From: Octopus sinensis
Taxonomy: Eukaryota
Direction of reading: 5' to 3'
DNA length: 64,000 bases
Assembly (NCBI RefSeq): GCF_006345805.1
Contig: NC_042997.1
Location: 191,208,001 to 191,272,000 of the forward strand
The position numbers and the translations under genes were made by a program. Of the stretch, positions 25,201-39,500 are shown one piece after another (position 1 is the first letter of the stretch; every line of letters starts with the position of its first letter). The notes under the pieces are model-generated. The model saw only the letters and a program-made list of their open reading frames with translations, was not told the DNA's origin and made no database searches.

Positions 25201-28200
25201 CCTATGTCTGTCCTTGTTTGTCCCCTCTGTGTTTGGCCCCTTGTGGGTAATAAAGAAATAGGTATACAGAGCTCAGGTGCACTACAACTTGTTGGAGAAT
25301 AGTAAAAGGGACAGAAATTAGCAATCATCATCATCATCGTTTAACGTCCACTTTCCATGTTAGCATGGGTTGGATGATTTGACTGAGGGCTAGCGAACCA
25401 GATGGCTGCACCAGGCTCCAATCTTGATCTGGTAGAGTTTCTACAGCTGGATGCCCTTCCTAACGCCAACCACTCCGAGAGTGTAGTGGGTGCAAAGTCA
25501 AGTAAAGAACAACAGCAATGACAGACAAAAGTATATGCATACTAGACAACAAAACAGAAACATGAACAGTAAAGAAACTGTAAGAAGGAAAGGGTGCATA
25601 GGTACATCACAAGTATAGTGCTTGTGTATGTCAGGAAGCATGGAAGTTTTGAAGGATGCAGTGTCGTGATGGCTAGCAACAAATGTGGATTGTTTATTTC
25701 ATACTTTGACAATTCTGAACTTGAAAAAATATTTCTGTAAGTCATGGCTGGAGAGGAACAAAGCTGGAATGCTCCATTGGATGTGTGATGTCAGTGTGCA
25801 CATGCAACAGAGCATTGGTCTACTGAGAGAGAAGTTGAGCATAATAGGAATTATATGTAGTGTGCAAGAGAGGACACTGCGCTGGTTTGCTCATGTGATG
25901 CAGATGGATGAGGCCAGTTGCATAAAGAAATGCCAATCAGTTAAAGTAGGGGGAAGTTATGGAAGACATGGGATAAAATAATGACGGTCATTCTCAGAAT
26001 GCTGAACCTTATGAAGGAAATGACAGAGGACAGAGATATGTGGCAGGTTGCTGTACTGGAGGAGACCAGCCCACCACAACAGAACAAAGATCTGTAACAG
26101 GATCAGGATTCGGTATCACTGGAGGGGTGTCCGATCTGATCCCGTTACATTCAATTTTAGTTAAAAATAACAAACAAGTCAGGTTGTCTACGAACACAGC
26201 AAAAATGTTGTTTATTTCTCGTTGTAATGTAGAACTGGTGTATGTGTTCTCTGGATGGAAAACCGACAGCCGAGTCTGTAGTACTGACTCTTGTTTGTTG
26301 GTCGAAATGATTCGTTGTGGTTCGCTGCTTGGTTGGTGTGAAGTCCTCAGAGACTGCCAGTACACATCCGTTCACGAGGGCTGCTAAGGCCAGAGAGGCA
26401 GAATGAGCGAAACGTGTTTTAGGGGTCAGTTTCCCGCATGTGCGCATGGGGAAGACTTCCGGTGGCCGACCGGAAGTAATCCCATTCTGCGCATGTGCGC
26501 TGAACCTTACACAGCAGCATCACTACAGATCCTAAAACCAAGGTGCCACATAAAAAGTATTGGTGTGGATGCTGGTGCCACTTAAAAAACACTGGTATTG
26601 GTGCCACATAAGTGATGGAAGAGAGACAGTAATGGCAACTACATGTTTGAGAGAGAGAAAAAAAGAAAGAGTATGAAAGGTTAGTAGATATGAGTAATTG
26701 TAAGAGAGAGAGAGAGTGATGGCTGGCAGCTAAGAAAAAGTAATGGTTATAGACAAATTAGTAATTGGTTATGTTGAAAATGATATTGGTTGTCACAATC
26801 ACCTTGTTGCTGTTGAGCGAAGCGGTCTTTGTCCCAGAGCTCGCAAGATTGTGCCTATGTAGTGGGGGAAGTCCGAAACATGGTCCTTTGCTATTTGTAA
26901 GACCTGCAGAAGAGAAAGCAGGTCAATCCCCGATACCGAGAGCATCGACGGATGGATGAATGCGCATCCAGGCTCAGCGGTTGTGTAGGAATTTGGGGCT
27001 TGTCCTTGGTGTTGGTTGCAGGTGCCATGTAAAAAGCACCTGCTCTGGTGCCACATAAAAAGCACTTATTGGATTCACTTATGCTAAACTCCTTCTTTAA
27101 AGATATTTCTTCAATTACAAATAAAATCTACATCATCATAATCATCATTTTAACATCTGTTTTCCATGATGGCATGGGTGGATGGTTTGACAGGAGTTGG
27201 CCAACCAGAGAGCTGCTCGGCTCCAGGCTCCAATTGGTTTCAATAGCTGGATGCCCTTCCTAACACCAACCATTTTGGTTAGGGCATTGGACAAAATACC
27301 TTGTAGTATTTGTTTTGGCTCTTTACCTTCAGAAATCTAGCTGAGGTCAACTTTCCTATTCATCTCTCCTAAGTCAATAAAATGAAGTACCAGCCAAGTA
27401 CTGGTGCCAACCACTTTATAGAGTGTACTGGGTGCTTTTTACATGGCACCAGCATGGGTACTTTTTATATGTGACTGTCATGGGTGTTTTTTTTTTTGTG
27501 GCACCAGAACAGGTGCTTTTTAAATGGTACCAACACTTTTTATGTGACACCAAAATGATTGCTTTTTTAAGTGGCACCAGCACTTTTTACATGACATCAA
27601 AACGTGTGCTTTTTATGTGGCACCAGCAGCCTACAAGTCAAGGACAAGGATATAAACCAAAATGTAAGGGAGACACTAAGATGGTAAGTGTCATGCAACT
27701 GGTATGAGTGCTTTTTATGTGGCACCAGAGCAGGTGCTTTTTACATGGCACCTGCAACCAACACCAAGGACAAGTCCTGAATTCTTACACAACCGCTGAG
27801 CCTGGATGCGCATTCATCCATCCGCCGATGCTCTCAGTGTCGGGGGTTGACCTGCTTTCTCTTCTGCGGGTCTTACGGATAGCAAAGGACCACGTTTCGG
27901 ACTTCCCCAACTACAGAGGCGCGATCTTGCAAGCTCTGGGACGAAGACCGCTTCACTCAACAGCAACAAAGGACAAGAATATAAAACCAAAATGTAAGGG
28001 AGACACTGTAAGGTGGTAAATGTCATCAGCATTATGCAAAAATGGAAGAACAATGGAAGAAAAGAAAAATGGTAAATCAGCTCCAACCAGGTAAAATACA
28101 TTAAGACTTCACTTACCATTAAAGCCAGGTTTACATTCACAGGTAAAGTTGTTGATTTTGTCTTTGCATACAGTATTATTCCATGGACAGGAACTTGCTG

Positions 28201-31200
28201 AACAATCAAGGATGTTAGTTTCACACTTGTTACCTGTAAAACCTTTAATACATGCACATGTATATTTATTTACTAAATCAGTACAAGTACCACCATTTTG
28301 GCAGGGCCCTGAATGGCATTCATTGATCTCCTAAAAAGAAAAGAAAGGAACAAAGTATCCAAAAGTTAGAGAAACTATCAGCTTCATATTTTTTTTCATT
28401 TTTTAAATAAATGAAATAAATCTTCTAAACACAATCAGTCGTTATATATACATACATCATTTAACGTCCGCTTTCCATGCCAGCATGGGTTGGACGATTT
28501 GACTGAGGACTGGTGAACCAGATGGCTGCACCAGGCCCCAATCTTGTGTAAGAAAAAAAAAGATAAAGACCCATCCCTATAAACTAGCCACCACCAACCA
28601 ATCATGTTAATCATATAACCAATATAGATTATCAATATTGCCACATATATATATATGTTGTTGTGGCCCCCTTCGGTCATGACTGACCATGGGATTGCAC
28701 CAAGAAAGTTACCCTCCGAGGCTCAAGCCTGGGCAATGTTGTTTATGGAAGACCAGCAGTCGCCCACACATACCAGCTACCCCTCTCCATGCCACCGATG
28801 TTATCCAAGGGAAAGGCAAAGGCCGATACAGCTTGGCACCAGTGGTGTCGCAGCTCATTTATTAACGTGCAAGTAGCTGAGTACTCCACAGACACGCCTA
28901 CCCTTAATGTGGTTCTCAAGGAGATTCAGCATGACACAGAGTGTGACAAGGCCGGCCCTTTGGAATACAGGTACAACAGAAACAGGACGAAAGAGTGAGA
29001 GAAAGTTGTGTTGAAAGAGTACAGCAGGGTTCACCACCACCCCCTGCTGGAGCCTCATAGAGCTTTAGGTGTTTTCACTCAATAAACACTCACAATGCCC
29101 GGCCTGGGAATCGAAACCGCGATCCTATGACTGCGAGTCCACTGCCCTAACCACTGGGCCATTGCACCTCCACACACACACACATATATTTTGGTGTGAA
29201 TTTGTTTTTTTTACATGGTGCCAAGTTTACAATAATAATGGTATTTTTATATAAGATTAAAGCTTATGGTGATCACTGCACAATGACTAAAGAAAACAGT
29301 CTAAGAAAGGAGCATATAAGCACTTGACAGAAAAAAGGCTTTCCTATCCGCGTGGGAGTTGAACCCAAACCCACATACATATTTATATGTTCTTTGGTTG
29401 GCAAAATTGTTAGGGCATTGGACAAATTACCTTGTAGTATTTATTTTGGCTCTTTACCTTCAGAAATCTATCTGAGGTCAACTTTCCTATTCATCTCACC
29501 TAAGTCAATAAAATAAAGTACCAGCCAAGTACTGGTGCCTAAATTAGAAATATTTATTATTATTATTGAGTGAGAGAGCAATGCATATCATCAAAGTGAC
29601 ATTGGGGTACAAATATATGAAGCCCAGTATACCCATCATAACTACCTGTCTGATAAGGGTACACCAGGCATATACATCACAATCATATGTGCACAACTTG
29701 GTGATCTCATGTCAAGATAAACAATGCATGACCTTGCAGGCGGGTCCCACTTAGAATTTTCTTCAGGTTAAGTTGCCAATTCCACTCAAAAGGTCCCTGA
29801 ATGTTTCCAGGGGTGAATTATTCAAACCCCAAAGATTCCTATCAACACAATGCTATGATGTTCCCCCACTACTCCTGCTTGTGATCAGAGATGCACATAT
29901 CGTCAGCCACTAAGGGACATGTTCAACTAGTTAAGGTCAAGCAAGTGACATGCAAATCTGTGGTACTGAGTACAATATTTACTGTAGCCCATCTTTTATA
30001 CCAAGACAAAACATGTACATAATACTTCCAATCAGTTAAGATCAGAAATCATGAGAACCACTGCCTGGTTTATTTAGGGCATTTATTATTATTATTATTA
30101 TTATTACTGTGAGATTGTTGCCAGAGCAACAAGCTGGCCTCCGTGCCAACAGCACACCATTCAAGTGTGATCGTTACTGCGTCGCCTTACTAGCACTTGT
30201 GCTGGTGGCATGTGAAAAATTCGAGCGAGGTCGTCGCCAGTGCCACTGGACTGGCTCCTGTGCAGGTGGCACATAAAAAGCACCATTTGGGCGTGGCCGT
30301 TGCCAGTACCACCAAACTGGCCCTCGTGCCGGTGGCACGTAAAAGCACCCACTACACTCTTGGAGTGGTTGGCGTTAGGAAGGGCATCCAGCTGTAGAAA
30401 CTCTGCCAGATCAGACTGGAGCCTGGTTCGCCAGGCCCCAGTCAAATCGTCCAACCCATGCTAGCATGGAAAGCGGACATTAAATGATGATGATGATGAT
30501 GATTTATAGTGTTGGTGCCATATAAAAAGCACTCAGTCCACTCTAAAGTGGCTGGTGTTAGAAGGGCATCCAGCAAAAAAATCCCTGCCAAAACAGACAG
30601 TGAAGCCTGGTGCAGTCTTCTACCAAACCAGCCCCGCCACATTGATACTTTATGGTCATTTATATTTATCTACCAACACAAACTACAATAAATGACTGCT
30701 AACATAGATATATTTTATGAATAAGTTAAAATTTAAAATGGAAAAAAATGTTAATACTGACCTCACACATGGGACCAAGGTATCCTTCTTCACATTGACA
30801 AGTATAAGAGCCAACAGTATCGACACATTTGGATCCATTACAAGGTCTAACTAATTCCTCACACTCATCTACATTTTCAGAGCAGGTCTGACCTTTGTGG
30901 CCTAAAACAGAAGATGCAAACATATCATCTTTACTGAACAATAAATAACAAAGCAGGCTGAAACACGGAGACAAATTTTGGATCTTTACCTTTTGATGTA
31001 CAGATTCAAAAAATAATTTTTTGTAACTAAACACTTTCAAATTTTGGACACTGGTAGAATGTGTCATATAAAACATCTTTTACTCTTAGCATTTTTGAGA
31101 AAAACTTATATTTACGAAGTAATTTCACATTAAAGATTATTTTTAAAATTTCACATTAAAAATTATTTTTAAAATCTGTACGTCAAAAGGTAAAGTACCT

Positions 31201-33495
31201 TTTGACGTACAGATTTTAAAAATAATTTTTTTGTAACTAAACACTTTCAAATTTTGGACACTGGTAGAATGTGTCATATAAAACATGTTTTACTCTTAGC
31301 ATTTTTGAGAAAAACTTATATTTACGAAGTAATTTCTCATTAAAGTCTTTACCTTTTGATGTATAGATTTAAAAAATAATTTTTTTGTAACTAAACACTT
31401 TCAAACTTCGGACACTGGTAGAATGTGTCATATAAAACATGCTTTACTTTTAGCATTTTTGAGAAAAACTTATATTTACAAGTAATTTCACGTTAAAGTA
31501 GGCCTATTTCGGTAATTTCAACCAATCAATGACCTGTATTCAGCTGAATAAAATTACTGCTGTTGTTTGTCAACAAGAACTTCCAGCAGTGTATTTTTCA
31601 TTTGACACTGTTACTTATGACAACCCTAACCCTAAAACTTTAACCCTAACCCTAACCTTAAAACACCTAACACTAACCCTAAAACCCTAGCCCTAAAACC
31701 CTAACACCTTAACATTAAAACCCTAACCCTAAAACCTTAAAACCCTGTCATGTGTGTGTATGTGTGTCCCACCACCGCTTGATAACTGGTGTTGGTGTGT
31801 TTATGTCCCCATAACTTAGTTACAAAAGAGGCCAATAGAATAATTATCAGGCTTAAAAAACCAAAAAATAAGTAATGGGGTCAATTGATTCAACTAAAAT
31901 TCTTCAAGGTGGTGCCCCTAATGACTAAAATAATTTTAAAAAGATTTTTAAAAAGTGAAATAAATTACCATAACTGACAACATAGAAGACAAGCTTTTTT
32001 TATCCTAAAAATGTCTTAAACAAACGAAAAATTCACAAGTGAAGTAGGCCCAACATTACATGTTTTAATACCCTAAACACTTTTTTTCCCCCTAGAAAGT
32101 GTGTTGAAATTGTGGTGCATTTAATATGCCAATGCATCTTTTATGCCATCAGATGCAGTAGATTGTATCAAAATTTAGTAAAGACCAAAAAACTAGTACA
32201 CAAGTTAAATATTACAGTCATTACTAATTACATAGCAAGACAGATTCAAAGATTTTCTGCTGCTGTTGTGACTAACATCCTGTAAGAAATTTGCCTGTAA
32301 AAAGAGCAAAGTAATTTTATTGAAACTTTAAAGAAATCTTTGACTGATAACTTTTACTTACGGGCTGGTTTAACCATTTCACTTCAAATAACATTTATAC
32401 CCTACAACTCCCAAACTCCAGACAGATTATGAAATATCTCTTTATCCCTTTCCCTCTCATATGTATGTATGTGTGTATGTTGCTTTATGTTGAACAAACA
32501 AGAAGGAAGAATCATGGTGACATAAAACTCAACTTCCATTTCAATGAAAACTATCTATACATACATATATACATATATACTCACACACACATATATGAAT
32601 GTGTGTGTATACATGCATATATATATTTTTATATATACACATATATACACACAAGCATACACACACACATTCAGTTTCAATGAAAACTATTAATACATAC
32701 ATATATATATATATACATACATACATACACTCACACATACATATATGAATATGTGTGTATACATGCATACATATTTTTATATATACACATATATACACAC
32801 AAGCATACGCACACACATTCAGTTTCAATGAAAACTATTAATACATACATATATATATACACTCACACACATATATGAATGTTTGTGTATACATGCATAC
32901 ATATTTTTTATATATACACATATATACACACAAGCATACACACACACATATTCAGTTTCAATGAAAACTATTAATACATACATATATATATATACACTCA
33001 CACACATATATGAATGTTTGTGTATACATGCATACATATATTTTTATATATACACACAAGCATACACAGGCACATTCAGTTTCAATGAAAACTATTAATA
33101 CATACATATGTATATATACACACTCACACACACATATATGAATGTGTGTGTATACATGCATACATATATTTTTATATATACACATATATACACACAAGCA
33201 TACACAGGCACATTCAGTTTCAATGAAAACTATTAATACATACATATATATATACTCACACACACATATATGAATGTGTGTGTATACATACATACTTATA
33301 TTTTTATATATACACATATATACACACAAGCATACGCACACACATTCAGTTTCAATGAAAACTATTAATACATACATATATATACACTCACACATATATA
33401 TGAATGTTTGTGTATACATGCATACATATTTTTATATATACACATATATACACAGAAGCATACACACACACATTCAGTTTCAATGAAAATTATTA

Positions 33496-33528
<33 letters not shown>

Positions 33529-36500
33529 CACTCACACATATATGAATGTGTGTGTATACAGGCATACATATATTTTTATATATACACACAAGCATACACA
33601 CACACACACAAACACACAATATCACACACATACATGTATGTGTGTGTAAGTTTGAAAGACAAAAGAGATTTGATAAAATGACGTCATACATTGACATTTT
33701 GTAAAGCACAACACCCACAGAAAACCACACCTTTCCTCTATTTGTTCAGTATTTCAGAATAAATGACTCATAGTTAGTAGTTTTCTAAGAATTACATGCT
33801 TAAAAGTGATGCTTTTCAGAAATTTTGGATTAAAAAGAAATTTATTTAAATAAGAGCGGCTAACTGGCTTCCGTGCCGGTGTCACGTAAAAAGCACCATT
33901 CAAGTGTGATAGTTACCAGTGTCGCCTTACTGGCACATGAAAAAACATTCGCGTGAGATCATTGCCAGTACTGCTGGACTGGCTCCTGTGCAAGTGGCAT
34001 GTAAAAAACACCATTTGAGCATGGCCGTTGCCAGTACCGCCTGACTGACCCTCGTGCCGGCGGCACATAAAAGCACCCACTACACTCTCAGAGTGGTTGG
34101 CATTAGGAAGGGCATCCAGCTGTAGAAACTCTGCCAGATCAAGATTGGGGCCTGGTGCAGCCATCTGGTTTGACAGTCCTCAGTCAAATTGTCCAACCCA
34201 TGCTAGCATGGAAAGCGGACCTTAAACGATGATGATGATAATGACAAAAGTATCTTTTGTTTTTTAAATATTACAAAATGTTTTGATGAAGCCAAAATAG
34301 ATATTTGGTTCATTTTGAGAAAAGCACACATTTTTTTTTTCTAGGCGAAATGCTACAACAAAGTAAACCAAGCTAAAATTTTAAAAGTTGGAGTTTTTTT
34401 TTTTTTTGCTCAACCTATTTCATGGTGAAAATACAACCTGTAACTTGTTGGGATCACAGCCAATTGCGATCAAAATGATACAGGGTACAAATGGGGTTTA
34501 TGTAATTAATAAGTAGCTTAAAGAGAGATGAAAATACATCATCTCATCATCATTTAGCATCTGTAGCCCACGCTGGCATGGGTTGGATGGTTTGACAAGA
34601 TCTGCAGGGCCCAAGGAGAGCATCATATTTTGTTGTCTGCACTGAATGCCCTTCCTAATGCCGACCAATTTACAGAGCATACTGGATGCTTTTTCGTGTC
34701 ACCAGCACTAGTGAGGAGGTTAAGTAGTTTGCAAGACAAAACTCCTTGATTGAAAGGTGAATAATGTCAGGTGTAAGAGTATGATAGGACAGGAATAGGT
34801 GGTTTTCTGTAGAGAAGATACTCAGCTGGAAAAGGAGTAAAGATGATGTGAGTGATGAGGTGTCAGGACATAACCTCAAGTTACAAAAGAGTGAATGTGA
34901 GGGGATGAATTAAAAGTAAATTCTAATGAAAGACAGCATTTAGTATAGGTAGATTCTCTCAAATTTACTCTTTACTCTTTTTACTTGTTTCAGTCATTTG
35001 ACTGCAGCCATGCTGGAGCACCGCCTTTAGTCGAGCAAATCAACCCTGAGACTTATTCTTTGGAAGCCCAGTACTTATTCTATCGATCTCTTTTGCTGAA
35101 CTGATAAGTGACAGGGACATAAACACACCAGCATCGGCTGTCAAGCGATGTTGGGGGGACAAACACAGACACACAAACATACACACACACACATATATAT
35201 ATGTACATATATACGATGGGCTTCTTTGAGTCTCCATCTACCAAATCCACTCACAAGGTTTTGGTCAGCCCAAGACTATAGTAGAAGACACTTGCCTAAG
35301 GTGCCATGCATAGGACTGAACCCAGAACCATGTGGTTGGTAAGCAAGCTACTTACCACACAGCCACTCCTGCGCCTATAAATAAATAATCTATCAAAATT
35401 TAAATGGAAAAGTGAAAGCATTAATGAACAGAATAAAAGTATTTATAAAAGCAGAGGAGTCCTTACCTGTACCAGTGCAATTACAGGTGAAACTGTTGAT
35501 CCCATCAATGCAAATGCCATTGGTACATGGCTTTATTTCACACTCATTAATGTTGAGATCACAATACGTTCCAGTAAAACCTAGGAGATAAATGAAACAC
35601 TGTTTAAACGAAAGACTAAGCTGATGTAGCTCAAACCTGCATTGGGAATTCTCTCTCTCTATGTGAAAATATTTCTCTTTATGTTTGAGGAAATGAAAAG
35701 CATTTATGACAATTGTGTTCAATTAATAAATTGTAATCTTTCTCTCTGCCTTCTATCTCTCATGCCCTCCATCTGTATATTTCTGCACACAGATGCATTC
35801 GTATGTTTGCCTCCGGTGCCAAAAACTACCATCACCAAAACAGATTGGCTCTCCACTCAACTATGCCAAATCATCAGCATTCAAACAACCGTGCCCGATT
35901 GTCTCATTCTGTCCTGGTAATGTTCACCAAACAATCATACTTCGAAGGAGGAGACACATTTTGTAGCACTGACCTGGGGCACTGAATACTTTAGAGCTGA
36001 CCCTAGATGTAACAGTACCACCTGGCCCCTGGCCATTTTGTTGCAAGACCCAGAGACCTTGGAAAAGGATCATGGATTCTGCCTTGCCTTTCCTGATAAC
36101 TATATTTAAAAAGATTTTTAACTGATGGTTCAATACTTTGTATACAAACATCTATCAGTGCATTGCAGTAATAGCTATGTCACTTAACAATTACTAGTTC
36201 CAACTTCCTTTCTTATAAATAGGTACCATGTAAAAGTACATAGCTACTACAATAGAAATTACACTACAGCTACGTGTTGTATTAGCTTGCAGTTCTAGAC
36301 TCAAATTATTCCATGAGTCACCAAATAAGAAACGGACACCACAGGTTATATAAACACATAAGACCAGTTTATTTCTGATTCCTTCAGCTTTAAACAGGTG
36401 GACACTTACATGATCTTGGGAGTGGGAGGGCGAAACATATACAAGCTATGTTATTGGTTTTACTATCTGCTGGTAGACTTTCTAGTACGTTTTTTTTTTT

Positions 36501-39500
36501 TTTTACTAGCTTGGTCTGAAGGAAGGTAATGTACCCAAGGCCTTAGCAGACTCTCTAGGCCAAGTAAGATTGATGTGGTTAATATTCCTCTTGAAAAGCT
36601 GTAAGTTGAATGCACAGGAAAAATATAAGTGCTGGGAGCAAATTTCAGAAGGATGATATCCAGGGGAGGAAGGACTGAGCATAGTGGTTAATGAGAAGCC
36701 GGGGTGTGTGTGGGGAGGAGGACCATCTGGCTGACAAGGAGAGACTAGTGAATCAGGAAAACCTGAATGGAGAAGGTAAGAGACCAACCAGCTCTGAAGA
36801 AGAGGGGCCACAACAGTGGCATCAGAAAAGAGAGAGAGGGAAGATCGTTTCAAGAGGTCCAAGTGTATTAATGATCAAATTCATATGAATCAGTCAGATA
36901 ACCTTTCCATAGATATGGTTTTGGATGTCTGTGAGTCTAGAAGCAGCACCATCCCAGATATGGAAGCATTAACTTCATTGTCAGTTTCACCTGAGATTTA
37001 TCTTGGATTAATAATTGTTAAATGGTTGAAGTATTTTCCTGCCTGAAGAGGAGAGCTAGTCTTTGGAGCAATCATACCTATTTCTTTACTACCCACAAGG
37101 GGCTAAACACAGAGGGGACAAACAAGGACAGACAAATGGATTAAGTCGATTATATCAATCCCAGTGCGTAACTGGTACTTATTTAATCGACTCCGAAAGG
37201 ATGAAAGGCAAAGTTGACCTCGGCGGAATTTGAACTCAGAACATAGCGGCAGATGAAATACAGCTAAGCATTTCGCCTGGCATGCTAACGATCCTGCCAG
37301 CTCACTGCCAGGTTACAATTAAAGCTGGTCAGGATGCTCATAGCTGTGTACACAGGTAGTTGAAGAATATCATAGAAGAAAGCTAATATTTATCCCCACT
37401 TAAAAATGTATATTGTGTTAGAACACAGAATACTGCAATAGTTACCATAAGAGAATCTCATGTGGGCTTTTGGTGCATATAAACTCTTGCTTACATCAAT
37501 AGTGAAAGATAAATCACCCATCATCATCATGACTGAGACTACCAGATCACGTGATTTCGGTCTTCCTTAGCCTTGTCAATGGTAGATACCTAACTGCTGG
37601 AAACAGAGGTAATATCTCTGCTAGCAATACACATAGAGCCACAGTGCCTAATCAGACACTGGTGTTGCTAACAGCCAGACATTTTCAACTGTTGCTTACC
37701 TTACAGATATAACTTGTATATAAGTAATGTTTACCAGACCATCATCATCATCATTTAACGTCCGTTTTCCATGCTAGCATGGGTTGGACGGTTTTGACTA
37801 AGGATTGGCGAACCAGATGGCTGCACCAGGTTCCAGTCTTGATCTGGCAGAGTTTCTACAGCTGGATGCCCTTCCTAATGCCAACCACTCTGAGAGTGTA
37901 GTGGGTGCTTTTTACGTGCCACCTGCACGGGGGCCAGTCAAGCGGTACTGGCAATGACCTCGCTCAAGTCTTTTTACATGTGCCACCGACATTAAACAGA
38001 TTCATCTATTACATCCTGGAATAGTAAACGTAATCAGTTACCCGATTTAACAATAGCAGCAGCAACAACAACATTGCCATCACCACCACCACCAGCAAGC
38101 TCCTCAAAGCATTTAATGGAGTCCAGCGTTACAAGCATTCAACCATGTTTCTAGTTTAACCCTTTAGCATTCAGATTATTCTGTCAAATATAATATTTAT
38201 TCATCCATATTGTTTTAAGCTAATCATGCATTATTTCGTAGCTTTAAGATTTCAATGATGTTATCACTTGTTTTTAGATTGACATTATAGGTTGGTGTGA
38301 GATACCAAATCTGGGCAGTTTTAACAGAAAACAGGTAGATTATTTGGGCCGGATATGGCCAGTTTAAACACTAAAGGGTTAAGGATCAGCTATGAATAAG
38401 TTGTAATTAATTCCTTCCTTACCCCCATCCCCCGGCCATCCTCCATTACCACTAGTCTTGAAGGTCTGGAAATAAGGTCATGGATGTTTGTCCTTTTGTT
38501 GCTGACTTGGGAATAAGAAATAAAAATTTAAAACCTTTATTTTTGAAGTTTATAACGTAAGAGAAGGAAACTTACCAGGCAGACAATTACATACGAATGA
38601 ATTAGTTGTGTTGACACAAGTACCATTATTAAGACATGGCATCAAGGCACATTTTTGGTTTCCTGTTGAGAATAGAAATATAATAAAAACAAAAAAATTA
38701 ATTGTGTAAAACTAACTAGTTTATGTCAAGATTCACTGCATGTATTAATTTCAAAATCTGGATCTTCCTGAAGTTCAGCTTTAATCTTCATCTCATTTAG
38801 AGTGATTAGTGAATGAAAGTATGTCTAACTTTTTTTTTGTTTTGTTTTGGTGTTAAATTATCCACCTGTCATCATTATCGTTTAATGTCCACTTTCTATG
38901 CTGGCATGGGTTGGATGGTTTGACTGAGGACTAGAAAGCCAGGAGGCTGCACCAGGCTCTAATCTGATCTGGCAAGGTTTCTACAGCTGGATGTCCTTCC
39001 TAACACCAAGCACTCCGAGAGTGTAGTGAGTGCTTTTTACGTGCCACCAGCTTGAATGGTGCATTTTACGTGCCACTGGCATGGGAGATAGTCAGGTGAC
39101 ACTGGCATCGACCACACGTGAATGGTGCTTTTTATGTGCCACCGGCACAGGGACCAGTCGGGCAGCACCGACATTGACCACACTTGAATGGTGCTTTTTT
39201 ACATGCCACCAGCATGGGTACCAGTCAGGTGGCACTGGCATCAGCCACGACCACAATTTCACTTGACACAACAAAATTAAGTCAAGCAATTATATTATGA
39301 TTTCATCTTAGGGTTACTGAGCAGGCTTATAAATCATTAACTTCTCTGCTCTCCACTTAGGTACATAATACAATTTCACATCAACTGATAGAAAGCTACT
39401 TTGATGGCAGTTTCTTCATGTATGAAGACCATGAGGGAGTGTGGTCTTCATACATTGATGTTGCAGAGCTTTTCTTCCTGCCTATGTTTATTAGTTTTAA

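Noticed and set aside
32429-33730. Several 70-150 aa ORFs rich in Y, I, H, T, C and V
   Set aside because: These are translations of the CA/TA minisatellite.
36408-36470. Possible extra phase 1-1 crb exon ending at a gtaagt donor
   Set aside because: No polypyrimidine tract at the acceptor, the peptide is not EGF-like, and it would disrupt EGF2.
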